In this document: one piece after another, positions 51,426 through 62,242 of the stretch
Layout of the letters: the number at the start of each line of letters is the position of its first letter
Numbering within the stretch: the stretch's first letter is position 1
DNA from: a bacterium
GTDB lineage: Bacteria; UBA8248
DNA length: 64,000 bases
NCBI GenBank assembly: GCA_965200245.1
Contig: CBDATS010000015.1
Location: 1 to 64,000 of the forward strand
Reading direction: 5' to 3'
Translations under genes and position numbers: made by a program
Notes under the pieces: model-generated
Database searches by the model: none
What the model saw: the letters and a program-made list of their open reading frames with translations, nothing else
What the model was told of the DNA's origin: nothing

Positions 51426-51848
51426 TGGAGATTGGATAACTCAGGACCTTTGCACTGTGTGGAAATACAGGTCAATGGATTCGTAATTCAAATTGAATCA
51501 GATGGGATCTGTGCGGTGGGAGGACCACCAAAGATAACGTATCGAGAAACGGCTATAGCACCCTTTTCTGATCGCGACCCACTGCTCTACAACGAACTTT
51601 CGGACGTCATTGTGCAGGACGATTGGTAGTTGTTGCCGGAGCGAACCCGGCAGCGTCGATCCATGCGACTATCGCGATGGATATCGAGAGGGAGGACCAA
51701 AAAAGCGTTTTTGTTCGTGTTCGGCCAGGAGTGTTCGGTCTGCAAGGATTGAGCTTGGACATAATACGGAGTGTTTGAACTTTCCGCCGATTCGTATGCG
51801 GTTGTGGCCTGAGAAAAAACGAATCATGAGGGGCATGAGAAAAAAGAT

Positions 51849-52577
51849 ATGAACGAGGCATATAGACAACGAATAAAACAGCGAACAAAAGAATTGAAAG
51901 AAAAATACAGGCATATGGATGCTGAAGAACGAAGGGAAAGAATAGCGCAATTGATGCCTGAGAAAGATCTGCATTTCTCACCATTCCTGCAACAACGATT
52001 GGAAAAACGAATAAAAGGAATGGAAGAGGAATACAGGCATCTGGCCACGAAAGAGCGAGAAGAAAAAATTGCACAATTGCGTGAGAAACATAGAGAAGAT
52101 GGTTATAACTGTGATTTTCCATTCCCTCTTCATATGGTTTTTGAAGATGCCATGGAACTGGTTCAGGATCCCGAAGAGTTCTCAACATACCAAGAGATAG
52201 CAGACAATCCTGCAAACAATACCTGTGTTGTTGCAGAAGCTTTGGAGTATGCTTCCGCTTCCTGGGGCGAAGAATGGACCTCTTGTCATTTTCTTTTTGA
52301 AAAAGTCTTTCCCAATTATGAAGGCGGGAAATATGCCGGGATGTCTTTCCCTGAATTGAACAAGGAGCCTTGCAGCAGGAAGAAGGAATGGGTGCTCGAC
52401 CTGTTGGACTATGCCATGCGTTATGCTAGGGAAAACCCACAGAGTTATGATTATGATGACATAGAAGACATGCTTGGTCCTATGATTCCACTTCGTGGTT
52501 CTGATGATCCTCCAGGCTTTAGTTATTGGGATGAAGTCGAAAAAATTCATTCTGGCCTTGGGAAATCAAGTATGTAA
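51849..52577 (+). CDS. Hypothetical protein, AT-rich, with an internal duplicated segment
   Basis: 242-aa ORF; KEKYRHMDAEERRERIAQL resembles EEEYRHLATKEREEKIAQL. Confidence 0.65.
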   Translation: MNEAYRQRIKQRTKELKEKYRHMDAEERRERIAQLMPEKDLHFSPFLQQRLEKRIKGMEEEYRHLATKEREEKIAQLREKHREDGYNCDFPFPLHMVFEDAMELVQDPEEFSTYQEIADNPANNTCVVAEALEYASASWGEEWTSCHFLFEKVFPNYEGGKYAGMSFPELNKEPCSRKKEWVLDLLDYAMRYARENPQSYDYDDIEDMLGPMIPLRGSDDPPGFSYWDEVEKIHSGLGKSSM

Positions 52578-52821
52578 TTCCCAAAAGGAAGGGCAGAGCG
52601 ATTAAGACGTGAGAAATCACAGGCAAAGAAACGGCGAGGACGACGAAACAGGGGAGAGACAATGGCAAGACTACCGGATCAGGACTGGATTGACAATCCA
52701 TGGGCCACAGAAAAGAAATGTGACATGAGCAAGGAAAAGTCTCGATTCCAGCATGTAATGTTCAATATCTTCTCAAGGAGACTGGCCAAGCCATGTCCTC
52801 ACCGACGAAAGGAGGTAGCGA

Positions 52822-54031
52822 GTGATCAAGGTAGAGAATGACGATACGAACCTGCGGGGGGTCCGCATTTCTCACTTTCCGGTATACTCAGAGTTGCGGC
52901 AAATACTACCTGTGTGGTCAGGCAGACCGCGCAAGCAGGTGACAGACCTCATAGCATCGATCAACGAACTGACAGGTACTCCAGAGAAACCGGTCGATTC
53001 GACTGATCCGACTACCTGGATACCTGAACGGCAAGAACCGTGATCTGGCCCAAGCCATCTGGGATCGGTCGAACCATGTGGTGAACCCCAGGCATATTTA
53101 CGGCCACTGGCAGTTCGCGCAGGGATACGACCTATTGCAAGACGATGGCGAGGGTCTCCTTCAGCTTACCGAGTTAGGCCAAAACTTCCTCAAGCAACCG
53201 GGCGGTGAAGCTGAGTCTGACGTTGACGAAGCTGAAGGACTGCTCAAGCTGTTGTCTATCGTGGCAGATAGCGGGCCCGCTAAAGCTGCAGGATTCTTCG
53301 ATGAGTGGGGCGACTACCTGACGCGCTGTTCTGCCGTCCGCAAGGATTCCACGATCAAAGAAAGGATGCGCCGACGACTGAAAAACCTCGTCGCGCGTGG
53401 CTTGATCGAGCGGAAGAGGAGTCTTTACTCCGCGACGCCGGACGGCTTGGCTTACCTTAAAAAGACCGAAGACGAAGACTCCATGGCTGGCGGCATCAAC
53501 AACGAGGTAAGGGAGCTGGTTCGAGAGCACGCGAATACGGTTCGCGAGAGCCTGCGCAAGCTACTCCAGGACATGGATCCGTTCGCATTCGAGCACTTGA
53601 TCAAGCGCCTGCTGGAGAAGATGGGCTATGAAAATGCAGAGGTCACCCCTCAATCAGGTGATGGTGGGGTCGACGTTGTCGCCGACATTGAGCTTGGAAT
53701 CACATCGGTTCGCGAGGTCATCCAAGCCAAACGTCACAGCCGACCGATCCAAAGGAAAGACCTTGACGCCCTCCGAGGTTCGCTGCCTCGCTTCAAAGCC
53801 GTCCGAGGAACTATCGTTACGACTTCCAGTTTTTCAAAGCCAACTCAGGAGGCTGCGTTCGCTGAGAATGGTGCCCCCATCACGCTCGTGGATGGTGATA
53901 AGCTGATTGACCTTCCTATTGAATACGAAATCGGTGTCCAAAAGCGGCCGATATATCTACTGGAAGTGAACGCGGATGATCTGCGGGAAATGGACGCGGA
54001 TGCTGTCGCAGCTATCGAAAAAGATAACTGA
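52822..54031 (+). pseudogene. mrr: Mrr-family type IV restriction endonuclease, frame break near 53040
   Basis: DPFAFEHLI, DGGVDV, IQAKR, GTIVTTSSFS, LVDGDKL; N-terminus (RISHFP...WIPER) is in another frame. Confidence 0.85.
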
Positions 54032-54518
54032 GTGTTGTTTGGCGGAGGATTTTGGTCCTTCCCTTGAGAATAGCAGAGAGTGGTGTCCGCATGAGAGCGA
54101 GAAGCCTTGGATCGGTCTGGCCCTTCCACCGTTCCAGAAGTGGATCTACGACATCCGCGATGAGCTTCGGTGCTGGAGCAACGGGAAAGGGCCTTGCTCC
54201 GCGCCCGGCAGTCGTTTTTTTCGTGGTGACATGACCGGCGCTTTCCAGATCGTCGAGAACGGGTTTCGGCAAGCTCCTCTCGGGGAATTTCACTCCATAG
54301 GTCGTCACAGCGAGCCTGGCGATTTCATTCGCGCCCTGCGGATCGTTCGTTCCTGTATTGGCCAGGGCACGCAGGAAAGCGCGTTGTTCTGGGGCAAGGC
54401 CAGCCAGAACTTCGAACTCATCGGGATCAAGCCCGAGGATCTCCTCAACTTGATGAAGATCGATCTGCCAACGACTCCCGACAAAGACGCCAGCCCTGGC
54501 GAGCCAGAGTCGCATCAT
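54012..54518 (-). pseudogene. Internal fragment of a probable restriction/defence protein
   Basis: Natural-looking helical segment (LWLARAGVF...EQRAFLRAL...LESAG) without credible ends, abutting mrr. Confidence 0.4.
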
Positions 54519-54852
54519 ATCCGGATGTTTCCCGAGTGACGCCGCGCGCGGTGGGGCAAGGGCGTAAGCCTACAGGCAAACCGGCAGGGGGCAAGCTTAT
54601 GGGCAGTTCTACGTGTGTATCAGTCGGGGATGATAGAGTACAGTTCGGAAAACACAGGATCAGGCGGCTTGTGAGTCGGACGCAGCTAACATCCGCTAAA
54701 TTGCCGATGGTTTCACACGAGCGTTGTCTGTCGATTTCCGCACCACTCTTTCCACTGCTCGTGTGAACCAAGGCGCTGCATGCGGCGGCACGAAGACCTC
54801 GTCATTCGGACAGCCCTTTCATTGCTTGATATCGCACTCAGGAGGAAATCTC

Positions 54853-55116
54853 ATGAGTAACACTCAAGAAAGATTGTTGGGTGAAGAACTAGATTTCTAC
54901 GAAAAAAATAAAGAGCGGTTTCTGCGTGAATATACAAACCGCTACCTCCTTATCAAGGGAAGGAAGCTGATTGGCAGTTTTCACACATCCGGTCAAGCGG
55001 TTGCCGAGGGGGTGCGCCAGTTCGGCACCGGCCCTTTTTTGGTGCGATTATCTGGCGAGGACACTCCCCGAGTTTCCATTCCCGCGCTATCGTTGGGGTT
55101 GCTGTGCCAACCCTAA
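54853..55116 (+). CDS. Small DUF5678-like hypothetical protein
   Basis: GGAGG RBS; ELDFYEKNKERFLREY...LLIKG...AVAEG...FG..PFLV pattern. Confidence 0.65.
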   Translation: MSNTQERLLGEELDFYEKNKERFLREYTNRYLLIKGRKLIGSFHTSGQAVAEGVRQFGTGPFLVRLSGEDTPRVSIPALSLGLLCQP

Positions 55117-55389
55117 ATCTTTAATGGCAAGGCCCGGATCAAAACCAAAACGGGAGAAGTTCTTCCGGCCCCGGAGAGGTTGCTGGACATGGCCCCATCA
55201 TACCTTGGCTCGCCTTGCCACTGAATCGGACAGATCATTACGGCAATATCCGGGTTGCTCTTTTGGAAATACGGGTTTTCATGGAAACTGTATGCTCGCG
55301 GATGTGGCCAGACGGGTAACATCGGGGATTTTCGGCGGCAAGTTTCAGCTATCTGTCTCCGGTGCTTCGTCGAAAGTCGCTTGTAGTTT

Positions 55390-55690
55390 CTTGCCCAATG
55401 CATCCGTGGCCTACGTGAAGCACCTCGACCACATCGTCGTTGATGTCGTTGATGAGGTGCAACACACAGCAATTACCGATAATCAGATGGCGTATGCCCT
55501 GCCGGATATCCGCATCCTCCGGTGCCAACGGTCAGAGTCCGGCCAGCAGGTCGAGCCCTTCGATGGCTCCGACAATCTGCAGATACCGGTTCAGCGCATT
55601 TTATGGAGACTCTTCGGCTATCCGGCTGTATCGCCATTCAAGATCGTTTTTCGCTGTCGGCTTGATTTCAATGCAGTATTTCTTCTTCAA
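55390..55690 (-). pseudogene. RelE/ParE-family toxin pseudogene
   Basis: YCIEIKPTAKNDLE...IAEESP*NA...L*PLAPE...IRHLIIG...VEVLHV with in-frame stops; lower boundary approximate. Confidence 0.75.
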
Positions 55691-55961
55691 CGGACAATGC
55701 CGTGCCTGGACTCGAACCCGTCGGTAAATTCCCGAAGTGGTCGACCCTCCTCCATGGCTTGCCTGATGTTTTGAAGGCTTTCGGCAAACTCTCCGCCAGT
55801 GCAGCTGTTTTCTCGCAGGTTTCGGCGTCCTGGACAACCACCGTGGCCTTGCCGTCGACCCCAAGAACCCCGGGGCGCCTGCTTTCGGACAACCGTTTGA
55901 TGTGCTCCATCGGTTTACGACTGAATTCCGTTACCGTATAAATATCCGAGTTTCGAAACAT
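55668..55961 (-). pseudogene. Phd/YefM-family antitoxin, apparently frameshifted
   Basis: DIYTVTEFSRK...IKRL...VDGKATVVVQDAE; directly upstream of the RelE/ParE remnant. Confidence 0.75.
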
Positions 55962-56754
55962 TCTCCCCGTCTCTTGGACAAGGGAAAAATTCTTCTCTGT
56001 TTATGTGAAATTTCCACTGTTTAGCAAACTACGATTCGCATATCCGCCCATGAGTTCGAAAAAGCCAATACCTGCAATGCTTTCAACAGACTATAAAGAT
56101 TCTACCCCTGTCAGAAATTCCCTGGCGTCTGAAAACGGGCGGAACATCGGACGAATCAGCGGCAGATGCGGACTCTCTGTCTTATCTGTGCGATTGTCTG
56201 TTCATATATCCTTATGGCATGTCGAACAGTCGGATAAAGGATTTATATGACATCTGATTGCAGTCCTGCCAGATCGACTTTACAGGTAATGAACTGGTTT
56301 AGGTCAATAGACTGACCTCCGGGCGGCGAAGTATGGAGTTGTCACTCACAATCGAGTCGCTCACCCAGCCGTTCATTGATACCAGACAGACCCAGTGTAG
56401 AGTGTTCCGTAAAAGACTCCTTCAGAAGTGGGTCCCTGCCTGATTCATGGAAATCACAGCTTTTGTGGGCAGTATCTGTCGTCTATCCTTGTGTCTCTCC
56501 CCTCAGTAATGCCAATACCGGGAAATTGGACGGTACCCGTCTTGAAACGTGATATTTCCATTTCCTTCGTCTCAGCGAGCATGTTGATCGGTTCAGAGCA
56601 GCGATCGTAGATTCTGAGGCGCATCATATGACGAAAGATGAGACACTGAATCCAGATGAGAACGCGACGCGCTGGCATGTAGCCGTGTTCAAGCTGTTGC
56701 CACTATGGTCGAGTCTACACAGGTTCAAACAGTATTGACGGCCTGGGAGGAAAA

Positions 56755-57996
56755 ATGAGCAGGACGCCCATCGGACCCGCCCTTCGTATTGGCGAATTCG
56801 TTCCCCTCGTCGCCCTTCTGATGGCCTTGGTCGCGCTCTCTATCGACGCGATACTGCCGGCGTTGCCCGTGATAGGCCACGACCTCGGGACGCCGCGCAG
56901 AAACGATGTTCAGTTCATCGTCACGGCTGTGCTCCTGGGACTCGGCTTCGGGCAGATCGTTTTTGGCCCTCTCTCCGACAGAATCGGGCGCAAGCCCTCT
57001 ATCAATATCGGCCTCGTTTTGTTCATGCTTGGATGTTTCATGAGCACCTTCGCATTCACTTTCGAGGTGATGATTGTGGGTCGTGTACTACAGGGCATCG
57101 GAATCGCGGGACCGCGCATCGTGACCGTTGCCCTGGTGCGCGATCAATACGAAGGACGCCAAATGGCTCGTCTCATGTCGTTTGCGATGGCCGTGTTCAT
57201 TCTCGTCCCCACTGTCGCTCCGTCCCTCGGCCTGGGAATACTGCTGCTGGGCGGCTGGCGCGCGATATTCGTCACCTTCATCATCATCGCTGCGATCACA
57301 CTCGCGTGGTTTGCACTTCGTCAACCGGAAACCCTTCCACCCGACTGTCGGCGGCCCCTCTCCCCGCGCGTCATCGGTGGAACCGTCCTGGAGGCGCTGA
57401 GCATTCGGGCTGCGCTTGGATACACCGTGGCCACCGGATGTGTGTTCGCACCGTTCGTGGCCTACCTTAGTTCCGCCCAGCAAATCTTCCAGGAGGCCTA
57501 CAGGACCGGCGCGCTTTTCCCGGCCTATTTCGGCGTGCTGGCGCTCGCTTTCGGAGCCGCCTCTCTCGTGAACGGGTGGCTCGTTGTGAAGTACGGGATG
57601 CGCCGGCTCTCGAGGGCGGCGACGGTGTCCATGACACTGGTCTCGGCCGTTGCGTGGGTGCTGGCCTTCGCCTTCGAGGGGCTTCCTTCGTTGTGGCTGT
57701 TCATGATTTACCTGCTCCTCGTCTTTGTCTGTATTGGACTGCTCTTCGGAAATCTCAATGCGCTTGCCATGGAACCCCTCGGTCACATCGCCGGAGTGGG
57801 TGCGGGCGTGGTTGCTTCTCTATCCACCTTTATCTCGGTGCCATTCGGAGCGCTCGTGGGCCAGGGTTTCGATGGAACCATGTTCACCCTGATTGCCGCT
57901 TTCGGGGCCTTCGGAGCAGGGACCTACGCCGCCATGAGATGGGCCGAGGGAGGTGGAGGCGCACAACGTAGCCGCGATACTACCGCTCGATCATGA
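56755..57996 (+). CDS. Bcr/CflA-family multidrug efflux MFS transporter
   Basis: SIDAILPALP, GPLSDRIGRKP, GRVLQG, VRDQYEG, PETL; GGAGG RBS. Confidence 0.94.
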   Translation: MSRTPIGPALRIGEFVPLVALLMALVALSIDAILPALPVIGHDLGTPRRNDVQFIVTAVLLGLGFGQIVFGPLSDRIGRKPSINIGLVLFMLGCFMSTFAFTFEVMIVGRVLQGIGIAGPRIVTVALVRDQYEGRQMARLMSFAMAVFILVPTVAPSLGLGILLLGGWRAIFVTFIIIAAITLAWFALRQPETLPPDCRRPLSPRVIGGTVLEALSIRAALGYTVATGCVFAPFVAYLSSAQQIFQEAYRTGALFPAYFGVLALAFGAASLVNGWLVVKYGMRRLSRAATVSMTLVSAVAWVLAFAFEGLPSLWLFMIYLLLVFVCIGLLFGNLNALAMEPLGHIAGVGAGVVASLSTFISVPFGALVGQGFDGTMFTLIAAFGAFGAGTYAAMRWAEGGGGAQRSRDTTARS

Positions 57997-58749
57997 TCCT
58001 CTGTCATCCGCTGGATGTCTCCAGATATCTCGAGAATCACATTACCCGCCGCAGTTTGTTCGATGTGCTCGCGTCTCATGGATTCCCGTAACTTTGTGCC
58101 ACGCATGGTCACGTGAACTCGCCGGCAAGCGGATGCGACGCAGGCATGAATCGGTCACCGTCGCGGGAAACCCGTCCGGTGGTTCCTGAAAATGGACGTT
58201 GCGGGGCGCCGGAGTATGATCGCAAGCAAGTTGTTGCTGGACGGGCTTTGGAGGACGACCCCACAATAGTCCGACACTGACCCACCGGGATGCATGGGAG
58301 TTGTAATAAACTCGCTTTCGATTTGATTCCATATTGCAGCAGGCGAATCTCGAACGAAACCGGGAATCATGAATTTTTCCCGATAAAATCAATACGATGA
58401 GAAGGATATCATCGTCGTTTATAACATTTCTCCGCTTCCAGGAGGGTGAAAGCGAGTTCCACTATGGGCAATGCAGGGACACGGCAACCTGAACCTCTGG
58501 CCCGTGGATTTGCTGAAAAAATGCTGAACGGAGAAATCCCCGACGAGCGCGAGAAGACCGTCTGCATCAGATAGAAATCGGGCTGCGACACCCGTCCCGA
58601 AGATTATCCCAGGTGATGGTGAATGGGCTTGTGAATGCTCAGGTAGCTGCAGGTGGCTGATTCACGGAAGCACCCGGAAGTTTTGATATCATGCACGTCG
58701 CATCCAAGGCAGCTTCGATATGTTCCGCCCACCGTTCCTTATTCATCCT

Positions 58750-59170
58750 CTAAGCGGGAGTAGCTGTGCTGGTGGCGCCTGCTACCAGACCCCTTGCACT
58801 GAATATGAGGGCGTCAACTCCGCAAACGTCCTTTCTGGACTCCCGCTTGTTGAGCGCGTAGCCATGCACTCTGATCGTTTCGAACCCTTTGCGCATTCTT
58901 CGGGAATCGACGATGGTGTGAGGCGAATATCTTTCCTGCCTGGACGTAAGAGGGCACTCCGCAAACTCTGGATGATACGCCAGCATCGCCTTGCCGCTGG
59001 ATACGCAATGAGCAGAAGCCGTCGTTCCCACGGTCGTTCGGGTGACAACGGCTTGTCTGTTCTACACCTTCTCCAGACAGGTAACTCGATCACCTTCCGG
59101 CACCGTCAACAATACGTTCTCGTTGATGGCGTCTCTCAGATTCGTCATATGCGGAATAACGATTTCACTT
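58750..59170 (-). pseudogene. IclR-family regulator remnant (effector domain)
   Basis: LRDAINENVLL...CLEKV*...AHCVSSGKAMLA...IRVHGYALN..E...VCGV; HTH missing; boundaries approximate. Confidence 0.7.
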
Positions 59171-59206
59171 TCATTTTCGAGACTTTCGGAATAAAGCCTC
59201 CGAGCC

Positions 59207-59830
59207 TTACCTTGGTTGTCCGTCTTCGAAACTTCTTTCCAGAAACTCGCCAAGAGTGCACTGCCAAAAGCCGTTCAAACGTCCGATGGGCCCGAGTTTG
59301 TTCATGTCGATGTATTTTCCGGTCATGACGGCGGGGTTGACGTGGAAATAGACGACTTCTCCAATCAGAAGGGGATGTTTGTTCGGACCGAGTTCGAACA
59401 CATTGTGGGTCTTGCACTCGAAGTGAATGGGCGCGTCCTTGATGCGCGGGGCCTTCACCTTCTTGGCGGGTATCGGCTCGAGGTCGGTGGCATCGAATTC
59501 ACTTTCTTCCGCCGGAATGCCGTTCGCCGTATCTACCATCTGCTCCCAATGACGGTAGGTGACGACGTTGAAGCAGAATTCCCCGGTTTCTTCTGCGTTG
59601 ATAAGGGTGTGTTTCTTTGTGCCATCAGGGTTTCTTGCCACGGTGAGCGATATCATCGGTGGTGCCACGCAGACACAGGTGAAGAAACTGAAAGGTGCAA
59701 TGTTATGTATTCCGTCCTTGCTGATGGATGACGCCCAGCCAATGGGACGGGGAACGATAGAGCCCGTGAGCAGGCGGTAAATCTCGCGCCTCTCAATCTC
59801 GTCGGGGTCGAATTCCAGGTATTCGCTCAT
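59207..59830 (-). CDS. Flavin reductase-like FMN-binding protein (DIM6/NTAB)
   Basis: IVPRPIGWAS, NIAPFSFF, KHTLIN, GEFCFN, IGRLNG. Confidence 0.92.
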   Translation of the reverse strand: MSEYLEFDPDEIERREIYRLLTGSIVPRPIGWASSISKDGIHNIAPFSFFTCVCVAPPMISLTVARNPDGTKKHTLINAEETGEFCFNVVTYRHWEQMVDTANGIPAEESEFDATDLEPIPAKKVKAPRIKDAPIHFECKTHNVFELGPNKHPLLIGEVVYFHVNPAVMTGKYIDMNKLGPIGRLNGFWQCTLGEFLERSFEDGQPR

Positions 59831-59873
59831 CTGAGTCCTCAAAAAGGTTGTAAGCACGAAAGAAGCGTCGCAT

Positions 59874-60641
59874 CTATGACATATAGCGTCCCGCGTTCAC
59901 GGCGATGGTCTGGCCCGTGAGATAGGCGGATTCGGGCGACGCCAGCATAAGCACCCAGCCCACCATGTCTTCCACTTCGGCGATGCGGCCCAAAAGCGTC
60001 CCCTTGCCGATCATCTCGCGTTGTTCTTCGGAGCGCACAGCAATGACACGCTCGGTTGCCGTGGTTCCCGGGGCGATGGCGTTCACGCGGACGTTGTATT
60101 TTCCAAGGTCATAGGCGAGCACGCGGGTCAGGGCGTGAACTCCTGCCTTGGCCGCCGCATAGGGCGGGGATGAGGGCTGCAGTGTTGTGATTCCTGACAT
60201 GGAGCCCAGGTTGATCACGCAGCCGCTGTTTTGTTTCTCGAAAACGGGCGTAAGGTATTTCGAAGTCAAAAAGACGCTTTTCAAGTTCCTGTCCACCACA
60301 GCATCCCATTCATCTTCCGAGGTATCGCCCATAGAGAGTTGCTGGTGAAACCCGCCCGCGCAATTCACGAAAATATCGATGGCGCCCGCCTCGCTCGCGA
60401 TGCGCTGGATCATCTGTTTTACGGCCACCGAATCCGTGAGGTCGCAGTCGATGAAGGTAGCGTCGCCGCCTTTTTCGCGAATGTCTGCACCGGCTGCTTC
60501 ACCGAGTTCGGTGTCGATGTCTACGAGATACGTCTTGGCGCCCGCCTCGGCGAACTGCTCCGCCGATCCCTTTCCGATGCCGCGCGATGCGCCCGTGACG
60601 ACGGCGACATCACCGGAAAAATCAAAGCTGGTCTTGCCCAT
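59874..60641 (-). CDS. SDR-family NAD(P)-dependent oxidoreductase
   Basis: TGASRGIG, NCAGG, YAAAK, VNAIAPG. Confidence 0.95.
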   Translation of the reverse strand: MGKTSFDFSGDVAVVTGASRGIGKGSAEQFAEAGAKTYLVDIDTELGEAAGADIREKGGDATFIDCDLTDSVAVKQMIQRIASEAGAIDIFVNCAGGFHQQLSMGDTSEDEWDAVVDRNLKSVFLTSKYLTPVFEKQNSGCVINLGSMSGITTLQPSSPPYAAAKAGVHALTRVLAYDLGKYNVRVNAIAPGTTATERVIAVRSEEQREMIGKGTLLGRIAEVEDMVGWVLMLASPESAYLTGQTIAVNAGRYMS

Positions 60642-60671
60642 GGTAAGATCTCCTTTGGGATGATGGATCTT

Positions 60672-61580
60672 TTATGACTTCAGAAATTTCAACACGCTTT
60701 CGTTGAATATATCGGGTTGCTCCCACTGGGCCATGTGGCCAGCGTCGGGAATTACATCCACTTCTGCATGGGGGGCGGCATTTTGGCAAGCGCTCCGGCG
60801 TTCTTCGAGTGTAGGGTAGGCGATGACATCGGCGTCTCCCCATAACATGAGCAACGGCATGGAGCATGCCGGAAGCAAATCGGGCAGGTAGGGTTTCCGG
60901 TTCATGGCGTAGATGTTCATCCTCGAATTCCTGAGATTCGTCCAGGCTTGGGAGAGGTACGCCTCGTCTGCGGATCCACGTTTTTTGAACATCAGCGCCT
61001 TTTGGTTGTGAACGAACACCTCGTACTTCTCCTCAGGGCTCATGTTCCTGCCAGCGCGGCGTTCATCACCCAGCTTGACGTCACCTGTGATCCCCAGACC
61101 TCCCGGGCCGAGCAAAACGATTTTTTTGAACCGCGAGGCGTTGTCCTGGCAAAACGTCACGCTCATCGTCGCGCCGAAGGAAAAGGCCACGCAAAGGCAC
61201 TTCTCGATTCCGAGCCCATTGAGTAGCCGGCTTATGCCCTGCGTGACGGATGAAGGCGTATGCGGCTTGGGTGGCAAGTAGCTTTCACCGAAGGCGGGCA
61301 GGTCGATCGCCAGCGTGCGATAATGCAAAGCGAAGAGCGACTGGTTCTTGATCCAGTGGTTCGCCGCTCCGAAGCCGCCGTGTACGAGGAGGAGGGGTTC
61401 ACCATTTGTGTCCCCAGCCTCGGTATAGGCGAGCGGGCCTTCGGGAGTTGGCAGTGTTTTGGATATGAGCCGGGTCAATGAACATCCTCTGATACATGAC
61501 AATATGGTGGAGGCTATCATTTTTCGTCCGATGCTGTGTAGCTGGTTCGGGGTTTTCGCCGCCGGTTCTCGTGCATCCAC
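60672..61580 (-). CDS. Alpha/beta-fold hydrolase (start uncertain, 5' end possibly disrupted)
   Basis: LLVHGG, DLPAFGES, AFSFGA nucleophile elbow, WGDAD, AGHMAQWEQP. Confidence 0.85.
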   Translation of the reverse strand: MDAREPAAKTPNQLHSIGRKMIASTILSCIRGCSLTRLISKTLPTPEGPLAYTEAGDTNGEPLLLVHGGFGAANHWIKNQSLFALHYRTLAIDLPAFGESYLPPKPHTPSSVTQGISRLLNGLGIEKCLCVAFSFGATMSVTFCQDNASRFKKIVLLGPGGLGITGDVKLGDERRAGRNMSPEEKYEVFVHNQKALMFKKRGSADEAYLSQAWTNLRNSRMNIYAMNRKPYLPDLLPACSMPLLMLWGDADVIAYPTLEERRSACQNAAPHAEVDVIPDAGHMAQWEQPDIFNESVLKFLKS

Positions 61581-61892
61581 TTGCCAGAAGTGCCGGGAAG
61601 CGACGGGGGTGCCTACACGCTTCCGTTGTCAGGCAGACATGGTCGCCGAGCAAGGTGGCATCAATGGGGTGGACGAAAAACAAGCCTGAACGAGGGTCGC
61701 TGGATTCGGAACGACCATGCAACAGATTGGACGGGGGACCCGGTGTGGGACTGGTTCAGGTGCAGGCCAATTGCAACCTCATCAACCGCGTGGTGCCGGG
61801 TTTGGGCGTCAGCCTGGATGATGCTTTGGAGCGGGTGCCGAAGCCTGGCGGACTCATCAGAGAAAAAACGCGTCTCTCGGGCTGGCAACCTT

Positions 61893-62054
61893 CTAGGGGG
61901 TGCCTTTGATGAATTCGATGAGTGTGCCGACGATTCCGTTGTCATAGAGTGTCCACGCCGTTACCACGACGACGAGCACGAGAACGCTCAAAAGCAGATA
62001 TTCGAGTAAACCGTGTTTAATAGCGGGGGGTTTGGGGGGATTTCTTTTCGCCAT
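61893..62054 (-). CDS. 53-aa single-TM protein, Flp-pilin-like
   Basis: Read by hand: MAKRNPPKPPAIKHGLLEYLLLSVLVLVVVVTAWTLYDNGIVGTLIEFIKGTP*. Confidence 0.55.
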   Translation of the reverse strand: MAKRNPPKPPAIKHGLLEYLLLSVLVLVVVVTAWTLYDNGIVGTLIEFIKGTP

Positions 62055-62242
62055 GCGGAAGATTCTCGGGTGTGGATGGAATAGGGGGTCAATTTGCCAG
62101 TGAATTATAAACGTTATTCACTGCATGAGAAACCCGCAGCGTGCCTGAGGAAAGCCCGGATAGACAAGGGCAGGACATCCCGTTTATGGTATAGCCCATC
62201 GCGAGCCGTCTCTTCATTGCATCACGGAGTTTTATATTTCAC

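Noticed and set aside
56250-56700. Degraded minus-strand ORF
   Set aside because: Interrupted by stops and not assignable.
61580-61890. Possible IS/transposase fragment upstream of the alpha/beta hydrolase
   Set aside because: No DDE motif, terminal inverted repeats or target duplication could be identified.
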